This document shows, piece by piece, positions 9,988-18,591 of a stretch of DNA of 64,000 nt. Both the position numbers and the translations under genes were made by a program. The DNA is taken from contig VBEN01000025.1 of assembly GCA_005881175.1 (NCBI GenBank), forward strand, positions 21,548 through 85,547, written 5' to 3'. Position 1 is the stretch's first letter. Each line of letters starts with the position of its first letter. Below the pieces are notes generated by a model, which made no database searches, was not told where the DNA came from, and saw nothing but the letters and a program-made list of their open reading frames with translations. The stretch comes from Chloroflexota bacterium (lineage in GTDB: Bacteria; Chloroflexota; Dormibacteria; CF-121).

Positions 9988-10803
9988 TTGGACCTCGGTC
10001 TTCAAGGCCGGGTCGCCGCCGTCACGGGAGGCAGCCACGGTGTTGGCTATGCCATTGCTGAAGCGCTGCTGGCCGAAGGCTGTCGCGTCGCGATCTGCGC
10101 CCGCGATAAGGCTCGGCTCGATGCCTCCGCGCGAAGCCTCGAGCAGGCTGGAAATCGGGCCCGGCGCCCAGACAACCCCGCCGCGGCCCAGCGCGCGGCC
10201 GACAGGGTCTTCTCCCACCCGGCCGATGTGGGCAAACCCGGCGAAGTCGAAGACTTCGTCCAGGCAACTGCGTCGCACTTTGGCGGCCTGGATATTCTCG
10301 TGCACAACGCCGGTGGCGGTGGCGGCGCCGGCCTCGAGTCGCCCGACGCCGAGTTCGACCAGGCTTTCGAGTTGAACGTTCTCGCGGGCTTGCGTGCCGC
10401 CCGTGTCGCCGTGCCGTTCATGCGCAAGCATGATCACGGCCGAATTATTTTTATATCCTCCATCTATGGCCGCGAAAGTGGCGGCCGTGCCGGCTACAAC
10501 GTCGCGAAGGCTGCTGAGATCAGCCTCGCAAAAGCGCTGTCGCGCGAGCTTGCGAAAGACAAGATCCTGGTCAACACCGTGGCGCCGGGCTCGCTGATGT
10601 TCTCCGGCAGCAGCTGGGAACGCCGCCAGCAAGCCGACCCGGACGGCATCGAGGCATTCACCAGGTCCGACCTGCCCCTGGGCCGTTTTGGCAAGCCCGA
10701 CGAAGTCGCCGCCGTCGTCACGTTCCTCGCGTCAGACCGTGCGAGCCTGGTTACCGGCGCATGCTGGACCGTCGACGGCGGCCAATCGCGCTCACTGATC
10801 TGA
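9988..10803 (+). CDS. SDR-family oxidoreductase
   Basis: 'VTGGSHGVGYAIA' (TGxxxGxG), 'NAGG', and the catalytic 'S...YNVAKAA' (YxxxK). Confidence 0.9.
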   Translation: MDLGLQGRVAAVTGGSHGVGYAIAEALLAEGCRVAICARDKARLDASARSLEQAGNRARRPDNPAAAQRAADRVFSHPADVGKPGEVEDFVQATASHFGGLDILVHNAGGGGGAGLESPDAEFDQAFELNVLAGLRAARVAVPFMRKHDHGRIIFISSIYGRESGGRAGYNVAKAAEISLAKALSRELAKDKILVNTVAPGSLMFSGSSWERRQQADPDGIEAFTRSDLPLGRFGKPDEVAAVVTFLASDRASLVTGACWTVDGGQSRSLI

Positions 10804-10836
10804 CGGCACCGGGGTTGCGCGGCGCCGGCCCCTGCC

Positions 10837-12045
10837 TCAGGCAGATCGAGACCGTGGCGTCGGCCGGATCAGCGCCCAGCGGCCTGTGGCCAAGCGCTGC
10901 AAGTCCCAGCCGCCTTCGTGGACCTTGCGGTGATGCGGCCGGCACAGCAGGATCAGGTTGCTCATCGTCGTCGGTCCCTGGTCGATCCAGTGCTTGACGT
11001 GGTGGCTGTCGGTCCATTGCGCTGGCCGGTTGCAGTGCTCCGCGACGCAGCCACGGTCCCGGGCCGCCAGCGCCCGCCGGGTGGCGGCCGGCGTGGACCG
11101 GCTCGCGCGGGTGATCTCCGCGTCGAGCTCGCCTTTGCCGATGATCCGGCTGATGGCGGCGTCGCAGGCGATCCGCCGCACCGTCTCGGCCGGGACGATG
11201 GTGCCGCCGTCCAGCTCCCCGCCCGGCGCATCGGGCGTGCCCAGCAGGGTCTCGACGCTGGCCCGGATGATCAGGTGCGGCCGCGGCCCGGCGCCATCGG
11301 CCGAGCCGAAAGCGCGCGGCTGGCAGAGCTCGACCAAGCGGTCGGCGCGGCGCTGCCCTGGAGTGCGGTCGTCGTCTTTGGCGGGCGGCAGCGACGCATT
11401 GACGGCGTTGCGGACCAGGGCTCCGGCTTCCGCGTCGAGCAGGCCGTCGATCCGGACGATGCCGTCGAGCGGTTCGCTGATGGTCAGGTAGCGTCGCTGG
11501 TGCGCCCGATTGGCCTCGGCCAGGGCCGCCTGGGCATCGATCCGGTGCTCGAAGTTCTTGGCCACCCCGGTGAACTGTCCGGGATCCATCGTGTCCGCCA
11601 GGGCCAACAGGCTGGCCTCCGCCTTGCGCACCGCGCCAGCCCCAACATGCTCGGCGGTCCGAGCCAGGACGGCCACATGCTGGTAGCCGAGCTCGCCCGT
11701 GGCAAACGCCTTGCTGGTCTGCGGCAGGTGCTGGAGCTGGCGGGCGATCCCGACCCGCTCGGCGGCCGCCCCACCGGAAAGCTTGCACTTCGAGCGCAGC
11801 CAGGCCACCAGGTCGATCGCCCCGTCCGCGGCGTATTCGCCGGACTGATCGAAGCGGCGCAGCCCTTCGGCGAAAACCGCCTCCACCCGGTCTTTCAGGG
11901 CGCGGGTCGCGATCAGGCCCTCGCCCAGCCGGGAGCCCTCCACGTGGCGCATTTCGGCGGCATAGTGGTCGATCGCCGCGATGGCTCGGCTCCGGGCGCT
12001 CTCGAGACGATCGCCGGTCGCGGCCATAGTCGCAGCATGAACCAT
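10837..12045 (-). CDS. HNH endonuclease with an N-terminal DUF222 domain (13E12-repeat-type selfish nuclease)
   Basis: The C-terminal 'CNRPAQWTDSHHVKHWIDQGPTTMSNLILLCRPHHRKVHEGGW' is an HNH motif. The long helical N-terminal region is typical of DUF222 proteins. Confidence 0.85.
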   Translation of the reverse strand: MVHAATMAATGDRLESARSRAIAAIDHYAAEMRHVEGSRLGEGLIATRALKDRVEAVFAEGLRRFDQSGEYAADGAIDLVAWLRSKCKLSGGAAAERVGIARQLQHLPQTSKAFATGELGYQHVAVLARTAEHVGAGAVRKAEASLLALADTMDPGQFTGVAKNFEHRIDAQAALAEANRAHQRRYLTISEPLDGIVRIDGLLDAEAGALVRNAVNASLPPAKDDDRTPGQRRADRLVELCQPRAFGSADGAGPRPHLIIRASVETLLGTPDAPGGELDGGTIVPAETVRRIACDAAISRIIGKGELDAEITRASRSTPAATRRALAARDRGCVAEHCNRPAQWTDSHHVKHWIDQGPTTMSNLILLCRPHHRKVHEGGWDLQRLATGRWALIRPTPRSRSA

Positions 12046-12046
12046 A

Positions 12047-12070
12047 GTTTTGACAGCTGTCTGTCAAAAC
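12047..12070. promoter_or_regulatory. 10-4-10 perfect inverted repeat 'gttttgacag ctgt ctgtcaaaac' abutting the HNH start codon
   Basis: Read directly from the sequence. It lies 2-25 nt upstream of ATG 12045 (minus strand) in a locally AT-richer stretch. It could be an operator or a 5' hairpin. Confidence 0.4.
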
Positions 12071-12111
12071 CGCCCGGGCAATTTGAGACCGGCCATGGCC
12101 CCGTTGAATGC

Positions 12112-12143
12112 AAAAGGCCGGCGGTGGGGGACGACCGCCGGCC
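12112..12143 (-). terminator. Rho-independent terminator after the DUF2330-like gene
   Basis: The minus strand reads GGCCGGCGG-tcgtccccca-CCGCCGGCC-TTTTG, a 9-bp GC stem followed by a T-tract. It starts 15 nt downstream of the TAA at 12158-12160. Confidence 0.6.
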
Positions 12144-12157
12144 TGCACGAGTGAGAG

Positions 12158-13231
12158 TTAGACTTCGCGCGGTTTCAGAATCCAGAGCGCCACGCCGATC
12201 AGGACGGCCAGGGTCAGCAGCATGAACGCCGTGCCCACGGGGGCGGTCGGCAGATCGACCGGTCGTGTGCTGCGGCCGCCGTCGACAATCGCCATCGGCT
12301 TTGTTCCGAAGGGTGCGACCTTGATGACGCCCATCGGGGTCACGCTCATGTCGTAGGTCACCTTGGTGTCGGGCGCATTCAATGTGAGGTAGGTCAGCCA
12401 ACTGTCACGGCGGACCCAGCCCATGTTTTTGTCACTCGACAGGTCCTTGTACAGGCTGTCCGTCATCTTTTCCTGAAATTCCATCGTGAAGCCCTCGGCG
12501 CCCTGCACCGAACTGCCGACGCCGGACTGGCCGATGAACGCGCGCCACTCGCTCGTGTTCACCGGCTTGTCAGACAGCAAGTACAAATCGGCCTGGACCT
12601 GCTGACCAGCGGCCAGCACTTCGAACGGAATCCACGGATGCGCAATCTTGAGCGTGATGAGCACCGGCGCGCCGTCGCCAAACAGCAAGCGCTGCTGCTG
12701 GGCCCGTTCGGCGTTGTATTTGGCCGCCATGAAGACCGGGCTGCCCATGGCGTAGTGCATGACGTGAAGCCGCGTCTCGGCATCGACCGCGAAGCCGTTG
12801 TCGGCGGCCCAGTCGAGCACCGCCTGGCCGCTGCCGCGCAAGACCGTGATATCGAGGGCCCGGACCTTGACCTGCTGCAACACCTCAACCGACTGGGCTG
12901 TCGGAGCCGCCGCGAAGCGCAAATCCAGGATCTCAGGCTGTGGATGCGTCTCCCGGAAGAGCCGCTGAAGCGTCCAACCTCCACCCTCTTCGACCTTCTG
13001 CGGAACCGCCGGTAGTGGCACGATCCAACCGAAGCTGGATGCTTCGCCGTGATAGCTGAAGCTTGTCAGGTAGTGCTCCACGCCGTTGTGCCACTCAACC
13101 AGCGTTGTCGCCCTGGCCAGCCGGATCGCTCCGTTGGGCGCGACCAGCCCGCCACAGGCCGCCACAGGTAGAGCCTGGGTGACAAAGAGCGCCAGCGTCG
13201 CCGCCGCCGCGGGAACGAGTTTGTTGACCAT
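12158..13231 (-). CDS. Secreted, C-terminally membrane-anchored protein, DUF2330-like
   Basis: ATG 13231 is preceded by a perfect AGGAGG 5 nt upstream. It has a signal peptide ending 'ALPVAACGG', a 'FGWIVPLPAVP' motif as I recall for DUF2330, and a C-terminal TM 'FMLLTLAVLIGVALWIL'. The family assignment is tentative. Confidence 0.7.
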   Translation of the reverse strand: MVNKLVPAAAATLALFVTQALPVAACGGLVAPNGAIRLARATTLVEWHNGVEHYLTSFSYHGEASSFGWIVPLPAVPQKVEEGGGWTLQRLFRETHPQPEILDLRFAAAPTAQSVEVLQQVKVRALDITVLRGSGQAVLDWAADNGFAVDAETRLHVMHYAMGSPVFMAAKYNAERAQQQRLLFGDGAPVLITLKIAHPWIPFEVLAAGQQVQADLYLLSDKPVNTSEWRAFIGQSGVGSSVQGAEGFTMEFQEKMTDSLYKDLSSDKNMGWVRRDSWLTYLTLNAPDTKVTYDMSVTPMGVIKVAPFGTKPMAIVDGGRSTRPVDLPTAPVGTAFMLLTLAVLIGVALWILKPREV

Positions 13232-13314
13232 AGGAACCTCCTGTTCCGTCGTAGACGTCACTACTCAGACGCCGACGGCCACAGAAAGTTCCCCAGGCGC
13301 TTCAGTCGGACGTT

Positions 13315-13977
13315 TTAGCGGGCGGCCGCTCCTGTCCGTTCGAATGCGTTGACGGGCTTCAGGACCTGGACTTTGACTGGTGCCGCTTCGCGGGCGAACG
13401 TTTCAGCGTCCGATGCGACCCCGACGACGAATCCGTAGTGGTTCGGGACAGCCAGTTGCGGCTTGATCTTCTTCACGACTCCGGCCGCCTCGGACGCGTT
13501 CATGACGTAGGGGTCGCCGCCGATGCAGATCAGCGCAACGTCCGTTTTGACTTGCTCGATGTCGGGGTTCGGATCCCCGTCCCCTGAGAACCAGTAACGG
13601 TTGCCGTCGAGGCTCAGGATGTACCCGACCCAGTTGTTGCTCTTGGGATGGGTCTCGAGCCGATGCTCGACGGTGCTGTACGCCGGCACCGTCTGAAACT
13701 TGATCCCGGCGACGTCCAACGACTCGCCCGGCTTGACGGCTTTGACGTTGCCTTTGAGCTTTTCGGCAACGTCGCGTGGCGCGATGTACTGTGTCGTGCT
13801 CTTCTTGATCTTTTCGATGTCGGCCGGCTCGTAGTGATCGGAATGGGCGTGGGTGATGAAGATCACGTCGGCTGGCTCCTCCTGAGGCCGGAGCCCCCAG
13901 GGATCGATGTACACCGTGATCCCCTCGCCCTTCCACTTATAGGCGGACTGCTTGTACCAGGTGAACTTCTCGAGCAT
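13315..13977 (-). CDS. MBL-fold metallo-hydrolase
   Basis: 'VIFITHAHSDHY' (HxHxDH motif). A strong RBS (AAGGAGG) precedes ATG 13977. Confidence 0.9.
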   Translation of the reverse strand: MLEKFTWYKQSAYKWKGEGITVYIDPWGLRPQEEPADVIFITHAHSDHYEPADIEKIKKSTTQYIAPRDVAEKLKGNVKAVKPGESLDVAGIKFQTVPAYSTVEHRLETHPKSNNWVGYILSLDGNRYWFSGDGDPNPDIEQVKTDVALICIGGDPYVMNASEAAGVVKKIKPQLAVPNHYGFVVGVASDAETFAREAAPVKVQVLKPVNAFERTGAAAR

Positions 13978-14028
13978 GGCAACCTCCTTCTACGGGCTCC
14001 TGTCGCCCAGAAGTTCTAGGTTAGCGCG

Positions 14029-14556
14029 TCAGGCGCCGAAGACCTGGACGACCAGGTGCCGGTCCCGACCTCGGTCGAGCTCGAGCAAGAAGATCCGCTG
14101 CCACCGTCCGAGATCCAGGCGGCCCTCGGCGACCGGAATGTTCTCGCTACTGCCGAGCAGCAGGTGCTGGCAATGCGCGTGGCCGTTCGCACACTCGTCC
14201 GGGTCCATCTCACCGGTCCGGCGGCTGAGGTCGTTGTGCTGGTAGACGCCGGCGGCGGCTGATAGTCGCTCCAGCAGGCCACTCATGTCCTGCAGCAGTA
14301 GCGGCTCGTTCTCCTGCAAGACGACAGCGGCCGTGGTGTGCTTCGAAAACGCGGAAACCCACCCCTGCGAGATCCGCGAGCGCCGCACGACGGCCGCGAC
14401 CTGGTCGGTCACATCGAGAAATTCGCGGGCCGCCGTGGTTTGGAAGACAAGCGTCTCGGCCCAGAGGGTGAGGCCCCCGATTCGGCGAACCCGTGCGCCG
14501 GGTTGGTCGTCGGGCTCATCGAGCAGGCGGATTGCCGGATTGGACGCGTTTGCCAT
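14029..14556 (-). CDS. YjbQ/UPF0047-family protein (secondary thiamine-phosphate synthase family)
   Basis: 'GWVSAFSKHTTAAVVLQENE' and 'NGHAHCQHLLLGSSENIPV..G.L.LG.WQRIFLLELD' are characteristic of the family. An AAGGAG RBS is present. Confidence 0.85.
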   Translation of the reverse strand: MANASNPAIRLLDEPDDQPGARVRRIGGLTLWAETLVFQTTAAREFLDVTDQVAAVVRRSRISQGWVSAFSKHTTAAVVLQENEPLLLQDMSGLLERLSAAAGVYQHNDLSRRTGEMDPDECANGHAHCQHLLLGSSENIPVAEGRLDLGRWQRIFLLELDRGRDRHLVVQVFGA

Positions 14557-14577
14557 TCCAGCTCAGCTCCTTTGGCG

Positions 14578-14593
14578 CGGCACACGTGTGCCG
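14578..14593. promoter_or_regulatory. 16-nt perfect palindrome CGGCACACGTGTGCCG upstream of yjbQ-like gene
   Basis: Read directly from the sequence. It lies 22-37 nt upstream of ATG 14556 (minus strand). Confidence 0.3.
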
Positions 14594-14658
14594 TCGCATT
14601 GCACTTCCGATGCTGCGCCGACAACGTTGCGGCGGTCGTTACGAACGGCGGCGGCGTG

Positions 14659-14949
14659 TTACCGTCTCGTCGCGCGGACCTTGTCGAAGCAGTCGCTGCA
14701 GTAGACCGGCCGGCCCATCGTGGGCGTGAAGGGCACCTGGGCGGGCTTGCCGCACTCGGCGCAAATCACTTCGTGCAGCTCCTTGGCGCGGCCGGTGCCC
14801 CGAACGTTCCGGTTAATCGATCGGCAGTCGGGACAGCGGGACGGTTCGTGCTGGAAGCCCTTGGCGGAATAGAACTGTTGCTCACCGATGGTGAAGATGA
14901 AGTTGAGACCGCAATCACGGCACGTCAAAGTCTTGTCGCTGAAGCTCAC
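14659..14949 (-). CDS. Small zinc-ribbon protein (four CxxC pairs)
   Basis: GTG 14949 is preceded by AAAGGAG. 'CRDCG...CPDC' and 'CAECG...CSDC' form two zinc-ribbon units. The longer ORF to 15090 has no support. Confidence 0.75.
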   Translation of the reverse strand: MSFSDKTLTCRDCGLNFIFTIGEQQFYSAKGFQHEPSRCPDCRSINRNVRGTGRAKELHEVICAECGKPAQVPFTPTMGRPVYCSDCFDKVRATRR

Positions 14950-15031
14950 GGCGAAATCTCCTTTTGTTTGTCTTTGGATCTCGGAGTTTCGCCGGAGCGA
15001 TCTAGCCTTCGACCCAACTTTCCCGGGCGCG

Positions 15032-15040
15032 ATTATAGCA
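15032..15040 (-). promoter_or_regulatory. Extended -10 promoter element TGCTATAAT (minus strand) for the zinc-ribbon gene
   Basis: The reverse complement of 15032-15040 is TGCTATAAT, about 80 nt upstream of GTG 14949. No convincing -35 element was found. Confidence 0.4.
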
Positions 15041-15107
15041 AGCGCCAAGTAGCTTTTGGTGATGGCCAAAAGGTCGGCTGGTCCGATCAACCGGCTATTC
15101 TGCAGCC

Positions 15108-15491
15108 GTGGCCCGGCGTCTCTACGTCGTCCAAGACGATCTTCTGTTCGCGCAGCGCGTTCGGGCCGCAGCCGGTCGGCTCGGCGTACCGGTGGAGGCG
15201 ATTGCCGCCGGCGATGCGCGCGCCCGCACCTGGGATCGCGACCAGGTGGTCGTCCTGCAGGCCACGCTCAGACCAGAACAACAAACGGCACTGGTCGACC
15301 AGCTGGTCCACCGGCAGCCAGCCCCGGTCGTGGTCGCCGTCACCGGGCACCTGGAGACGGCCCTTCGTCAGCGGCTGAAGGCGCTCGGCGCCACCCTGGC
15401 GGCGCACTCCAGCATGGATCGCGTGCTGGCCCGTGCACTCGGGATTAGTGGTGTTCCTGATGCTGATGCGAGGCCGCATCCCCCGGGGTGA
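15108..15491 (+). CDS. Hypothetical protein, receiver(CheY)-like alternation of strands and helices
   Basis: The 127-aa ORF has protein-like composition ('LYVVQDDLLFAQRV...VVVLQATL...VVVAVTGH...'). The canonical phospho-acceptor Asp is not evident. The 3' end overlaps the convergent permease gene by 47 nt. Confidence 0.4.
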   Translation: MARRLYVVQDDLLFAQRVRAAAGRLGVPVEAIAAGDARARTWDRDQVVVLQATLRPEQQTALVDQLVHRQPAPVVVAVTGHLETALRQRLKALGATLAAHSSMDRVLARALGISGVPDADARPHPPG

Positions 15492-16626
15492 CCGCCGGCC
15501 GCTCCATCATGCGAAGCATGTCGAGCCCACCGGTGCGGAGAAACCACCAGCCGAGCAGCGCCATGATGGCAAGGAAAATCACATTGAGCACGCTGGTGTA
15601 GTTGAGCGCCGGGGCGGTGGTTATCGCCGATACCGGATGATGTACGGGAACGAACCCGAGAAGCTGAAACAGTAGGCCGATCAAAAAGCCGGCCAGCGCC
15701 ATCGCCGCGTACGACACGACCAGGAGATACAGTGCCATTCGGCGGCCATAGTACTTCCGGTAGATATCAACGATCGGCAAGATGATCAGGTCGGCGAAGA
15801 TGAAGGCGATCACGCCGCCGAAACTGATCCCGCCGTTCCAGAGCACGGCGGCGAGGGGGACGTTCCCCACCGAGCAGACGAAGCTCAGCAGGGAAATCAC
15901 TGGCCCGATCAGGGGACCCCAGACCTGGGACAGGACCGGGTGGCTGGTCAAGAAGAAGCCTTGCCAGAACGAGGCCGGCACCCAGGCGGCCAGCGCGCCG
16001 GCGATCAACAGCCCCAGCCCGATGTCCGTCCACACCGAGGTGACGTCCATCCAGAAGTTGTGGCTGATCGCGGTCAACCCCCGTCCCGAAAACAGCCGGC
16101 GCAGAAACGGTCCTTTGGTGACCGACATGTCCATCTCGCCGTGCCCTTCCATCCGTCCATGGCGGCCGTGCTCGGCCTGCCGCCGGGCTTCGTCGATCAT
16201 TCCCGGCTTAAGGGTCCAGCGAAAGAGCAGCGCCAGGATCACGATCATCAGCAGTCCGCCCGCGAACTCGGCACCGACGAACGACCAGCCGAGCAGGATC
16301 AGCAAGATAAGTCCCAACTCGAAGACCAGGTTGGTGGAGGCAAATTCGAAGACGATGGCGGCTGGAAAGCTGGCCCCCTTGCGGAACAGCGACCGGGCGA
16401 TGGCCACGGCTGCGTAGGAGCAGGAGGACGATGCCGCTCCCAGGACGGTGGCGGTGGCCAGGCTGCGCGGCGAATCCGACCCCAGGGCCCGAGCCACCGC
16501 ATTTCGCGATACCAGTGTCTGGACGATCGCGGACAGGATGAAGCCCAGCGCGAGCGGCCAGAGGACCTCCCAGAGCATGTCGAACGCGGCGGCCAGCGCC
16601 TGGCCTGCGGCCTGCACGACGATCAC
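15445..16626 (-). CDS. DUF318/ArsP-type permease with His-rich loop and tail (candidate metal permease)
   Basis: Multi-TM protein with 'GAASSSCSYAAVAIARSLF', a central loop 'EHGRHGRMEGHGEMDMS' and a C-terminus 'ASHQHQEHH'. Confidence 0.8.
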   Translation of the reverse strand: MIVVQAAGQALAAAFDMLWEVLWPLALGFILSAIVQTLVSRNAVARALGSDSPRSLATATVLGAASSSCSYAAVAIARSLFRKGASFPAAIVFEFASTNLVFELGLILLILLGWSFVGAEFAGGLLMIVILALLFRWTLKPGMIDEARRQAEHGRHGRMEGHGEMDMSVTKGPFLRRLFSGRGLTAISHNFWMDVTSVWTDIGLGLLIAGALAAWVPASFWQGFFLTSHPVLSQVWGPLIGPVISLLSFVCSVGNVPLAAVLWNGGISFGGVIAFIFADLIILPIVDIYRKYYGRRMALYLLVVSYAAMALAGFLIGLLFQLLGFVPVHHPVSAITTAPALNYTSVLNVIFLAIMALLGWWFLRTGGLDMLRMMERPAVTPGDAASHQHQEHH

Positions 16627-16653
16627 TCTTTCAGCCTACCGGGCGGTGCCGGA

Positions 16654-17733
16654 CTAGCTTTTCAGCGCCGCCGACCAGCGTTCCTCGATGTGCTGGGTGC
16701 GATAGATCAAATAGGCGCCGGCCCAGGTCACGATGAAGGCCCCCACGATCACGAAACCCATGACGCCAATGTCCATTCCGGCGATCGCGTCCCAGACTCC
16801 ACCTCGAAGGTCCAACTGCGACACGAGAAGCTGGCTCAACTCGAAGAGGCCGACGAACAGCGCGACGAAAACCGACAGGGCTGTCACCGTCAGGTTGTAG
16901 AAGACCTTGCGCACCGGGTTGGAGAAGGCCCAGGCGTATGCCCGTGACATGAATGCACCGTCCGCGGTATCCATCAACGACATGCCGGCGGCGAAGATCA
17001 GCGGCAGCGAGATCAAGGCGTAGAGCGGAATCCGCTGCGCCGCGGCCCCGGCCGAGATCGCGAGGAACGAGATCTCGGACGCGGTATCGAAGCCGAGGCC
17101 GAAGAGGAATCCAACCAGGTACATTTGCCAGCTGTGCGTGATCAGCCGAAAGAGCCGACCGAAGATGCGGGTCAGCAGTCCGCCCGCCACCAGTTCGTGC
17201 TCTAGGGATTCTCGATCGTACTGCCCCGCCCTCATGCGCCGAAAGAGGCGAAGAATGTCGAGCAGAATGATCAAGTTCAGAATGCCAATAAGCAGAAGAA
17301 AGACGCCCGAGACGCCGGTGCCGATCAGCCCGCCCAGGTTCTTGAGCTGGCCGTTCGCCGTCACGACGTTCGTCACGACGAACTGCGTGGCCACACCGAG
17401 GGCCAGGGCGATCAAAAAGACGACCGTCGAATGGCCGAGTGAAAAGAAGAAGCCGACCCCCAGCGGCTTCTTGCCTTCCTGGAGCAGCTTGCGCGTCGTG
17501 TTGTCGATGGCCGAGATATGGTCGGCGTCGAACGCGTGCCGCAGCCCGAAGGCATAGGCCAGGCCACCCAGGCCGAGCATCACCGGGTAGCGGGGCGCGA
17601 CGAGCAGCAGCATGATTCCCCAGCCGACCACGTGGAGCAGCGCCACACCGCCGAACAGGCTGGTCAGACGCAATGAAACCGACGTCATCGAGACCGTCCG
17701 CCAGCTTCGCCATGCCGCTCGCGCCGTCGCCAT
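16654..17733 (-). CDS. HoxN/HupN/NixA-family nickel/cobalt transporter (NiCoT)
   Basis: NiCoT signature 'RHAFDADHISAIDNTTR' plus 'FFFSLGHSTVVF'. The start could instead be the internal ATG at 17688. Confidence 0.9.
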   Translation of the reverse strand: MATARAAWRSWRTVSMTSVSLRLTSLFGGVALLHVVGWGIMLLLVAPRYPVMLGLGGLAYAFGLRHAFDADHISAIDNTTRKLLQEGKKPLGVGFFFSLGHSTVVFLIALALGVATQFVVTNVVTANGQLKNLGGLIGTGVSGVFLLLIGILNLIILLDILRLFRRMRAGQYDRESLEHELVAGGLLTRIFGRLFRLITHSWQMYLVGFLFGLGFDTASEISFLAISAGAAAQRIPLYALISLPLIFAAGMSLMDTADGAFMSRAYAWAFSNPVRKVFYNLTVTALSVFVALFVGLFELSQLLVSQLDLRGGVWDAIAGMDIGVMGFVIVGAFIVTWAGAYLIYRTQHIEERWSAALKS

Positions 17734-17753
17734 CCGAGCATCGAGTATATATT

Positions 17754-17776
17754 TTATTGCGAATCGTTCGCAATAA
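17754..17776. promoter_or_regulatory. 10-3-10 perfect palindrome TTATTGCGAA-TCG-TTCGCAATAA (Fur-family/Nur-like operator candidate)
   Basis: Read directly from the sequence. It sits in the AT-rich 83-nt gap upstream of the NiCoT gene and contains TTGCGA-N5-TCGCAA. Confidence 0.55.
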
Positions 17777-17816
17777 CGAATCGGTTACGACGTGGTTGCC
17801 GCCGGGGCGCGATGCG

Positions 17817-18572
17817 CTAGGTGCCGCTGACGTGCAGCAATCGGCCGATCCCGTAGCCGGCCGCCGCCGAGAGCATGCCGATCAGCGTCATCTGGAGGCC
17901 GCTGATCCGCCAGTCGCCCACCAGCGTCAGCGCTTTATAGGCCCCGACGCCGAACAGCACCGCCGCACAGAGCGGCACGGCCATGATAGTGGCGAGGCCG
18001 ACGGAGATCCCGAACAGCGGCACGAACAGGAACGGGACCAGCGGGATCAGCGAGCCGATCAGCGTGGAAAAGCCGGTGACGAGCGCCCGGCGAACCACCC
18101 CCTTGTCGCTTACGGGCGTGAGATGGAGCTCATCGCGCATCATCACGTCGACCCAGACCTTCTTGTCTGAGGTGATCTCGCCGACGACGCGCTCGAGCAC
18201 GTCGCCGTGGAGACCCTTCTCCCGAAAGATCTGCCGCACCTCCTCGGTCTCGACGTCGGGCATCTCTTCGACCTCTCGCTGCTCTTTCGCAAGCTGGGCC
18301 AGGTAGTAATCACGTTCCGCCAGAGCTGAGGTGTACATCACACCGCCCATGGCAATCGATTCCGAGAACGTCGCCGCCAGGCCGGCGGCCACGATGATGC
18401 GGAGCTGCGCGGTGGCCGCGGCCACGCCCAGCACCAGGCCGAGGACGTTGACCAGACCATCCTGGCCACCAAGAATGATGTCACGCAGCGATCGGCCGAT
18501 GCCCCTCTTCTCCTCGTCTGGCTCGTGCAGCGGCTTCGACGCAGGAGCTGGATGAGGCGCGGGCTCGGCCAT
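17817..18572 (-). CDS. VIT1/CCC1-family iron/manganese transporter
   Basis: 'ILGGQDGLVNVLGLVLGVAAA' and five TM segments with a cytoplasmic acidic helix region, typical of VIT1/CCC1. Confidence 0.85.
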   Translation of the reverse strand: MAEPAPHPAPASKPLHEPDEEKRGIGRSLRDIILGGQDGLVNVLGLVLGVAAATAQLRIIVAAGLAATFSESIAMGGVMYTSALAERDYYLAQLAKEQREVEEMPDVETEEVRQIFREKGLHGDVLERVVGEITSDKKVWVDVMMRDELHLTPVSDKGVVRRALVTGFSTLIGSLIPLVPFLFVPLFGISVGLATIMAVPLCAAVLFGVGAYKALTLVGDWRISGLQMTLIGMLSAAAGYGIGRLLHVSGT

Positions 18573-18591
18573 TCGAGCTATCTTCCCACGC

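Noticed and set aside
10751-12148. 465-aa ORF on the minus strand, very rich in Arg, Pro and Gly, overlapping the HNH gene in another frame
   Set aside because: The composition is typical of out-of-frame shadow ORFs in high-G+C DNA. The HNH/DUF222 frame has clear homology-type motifs and this one has none.
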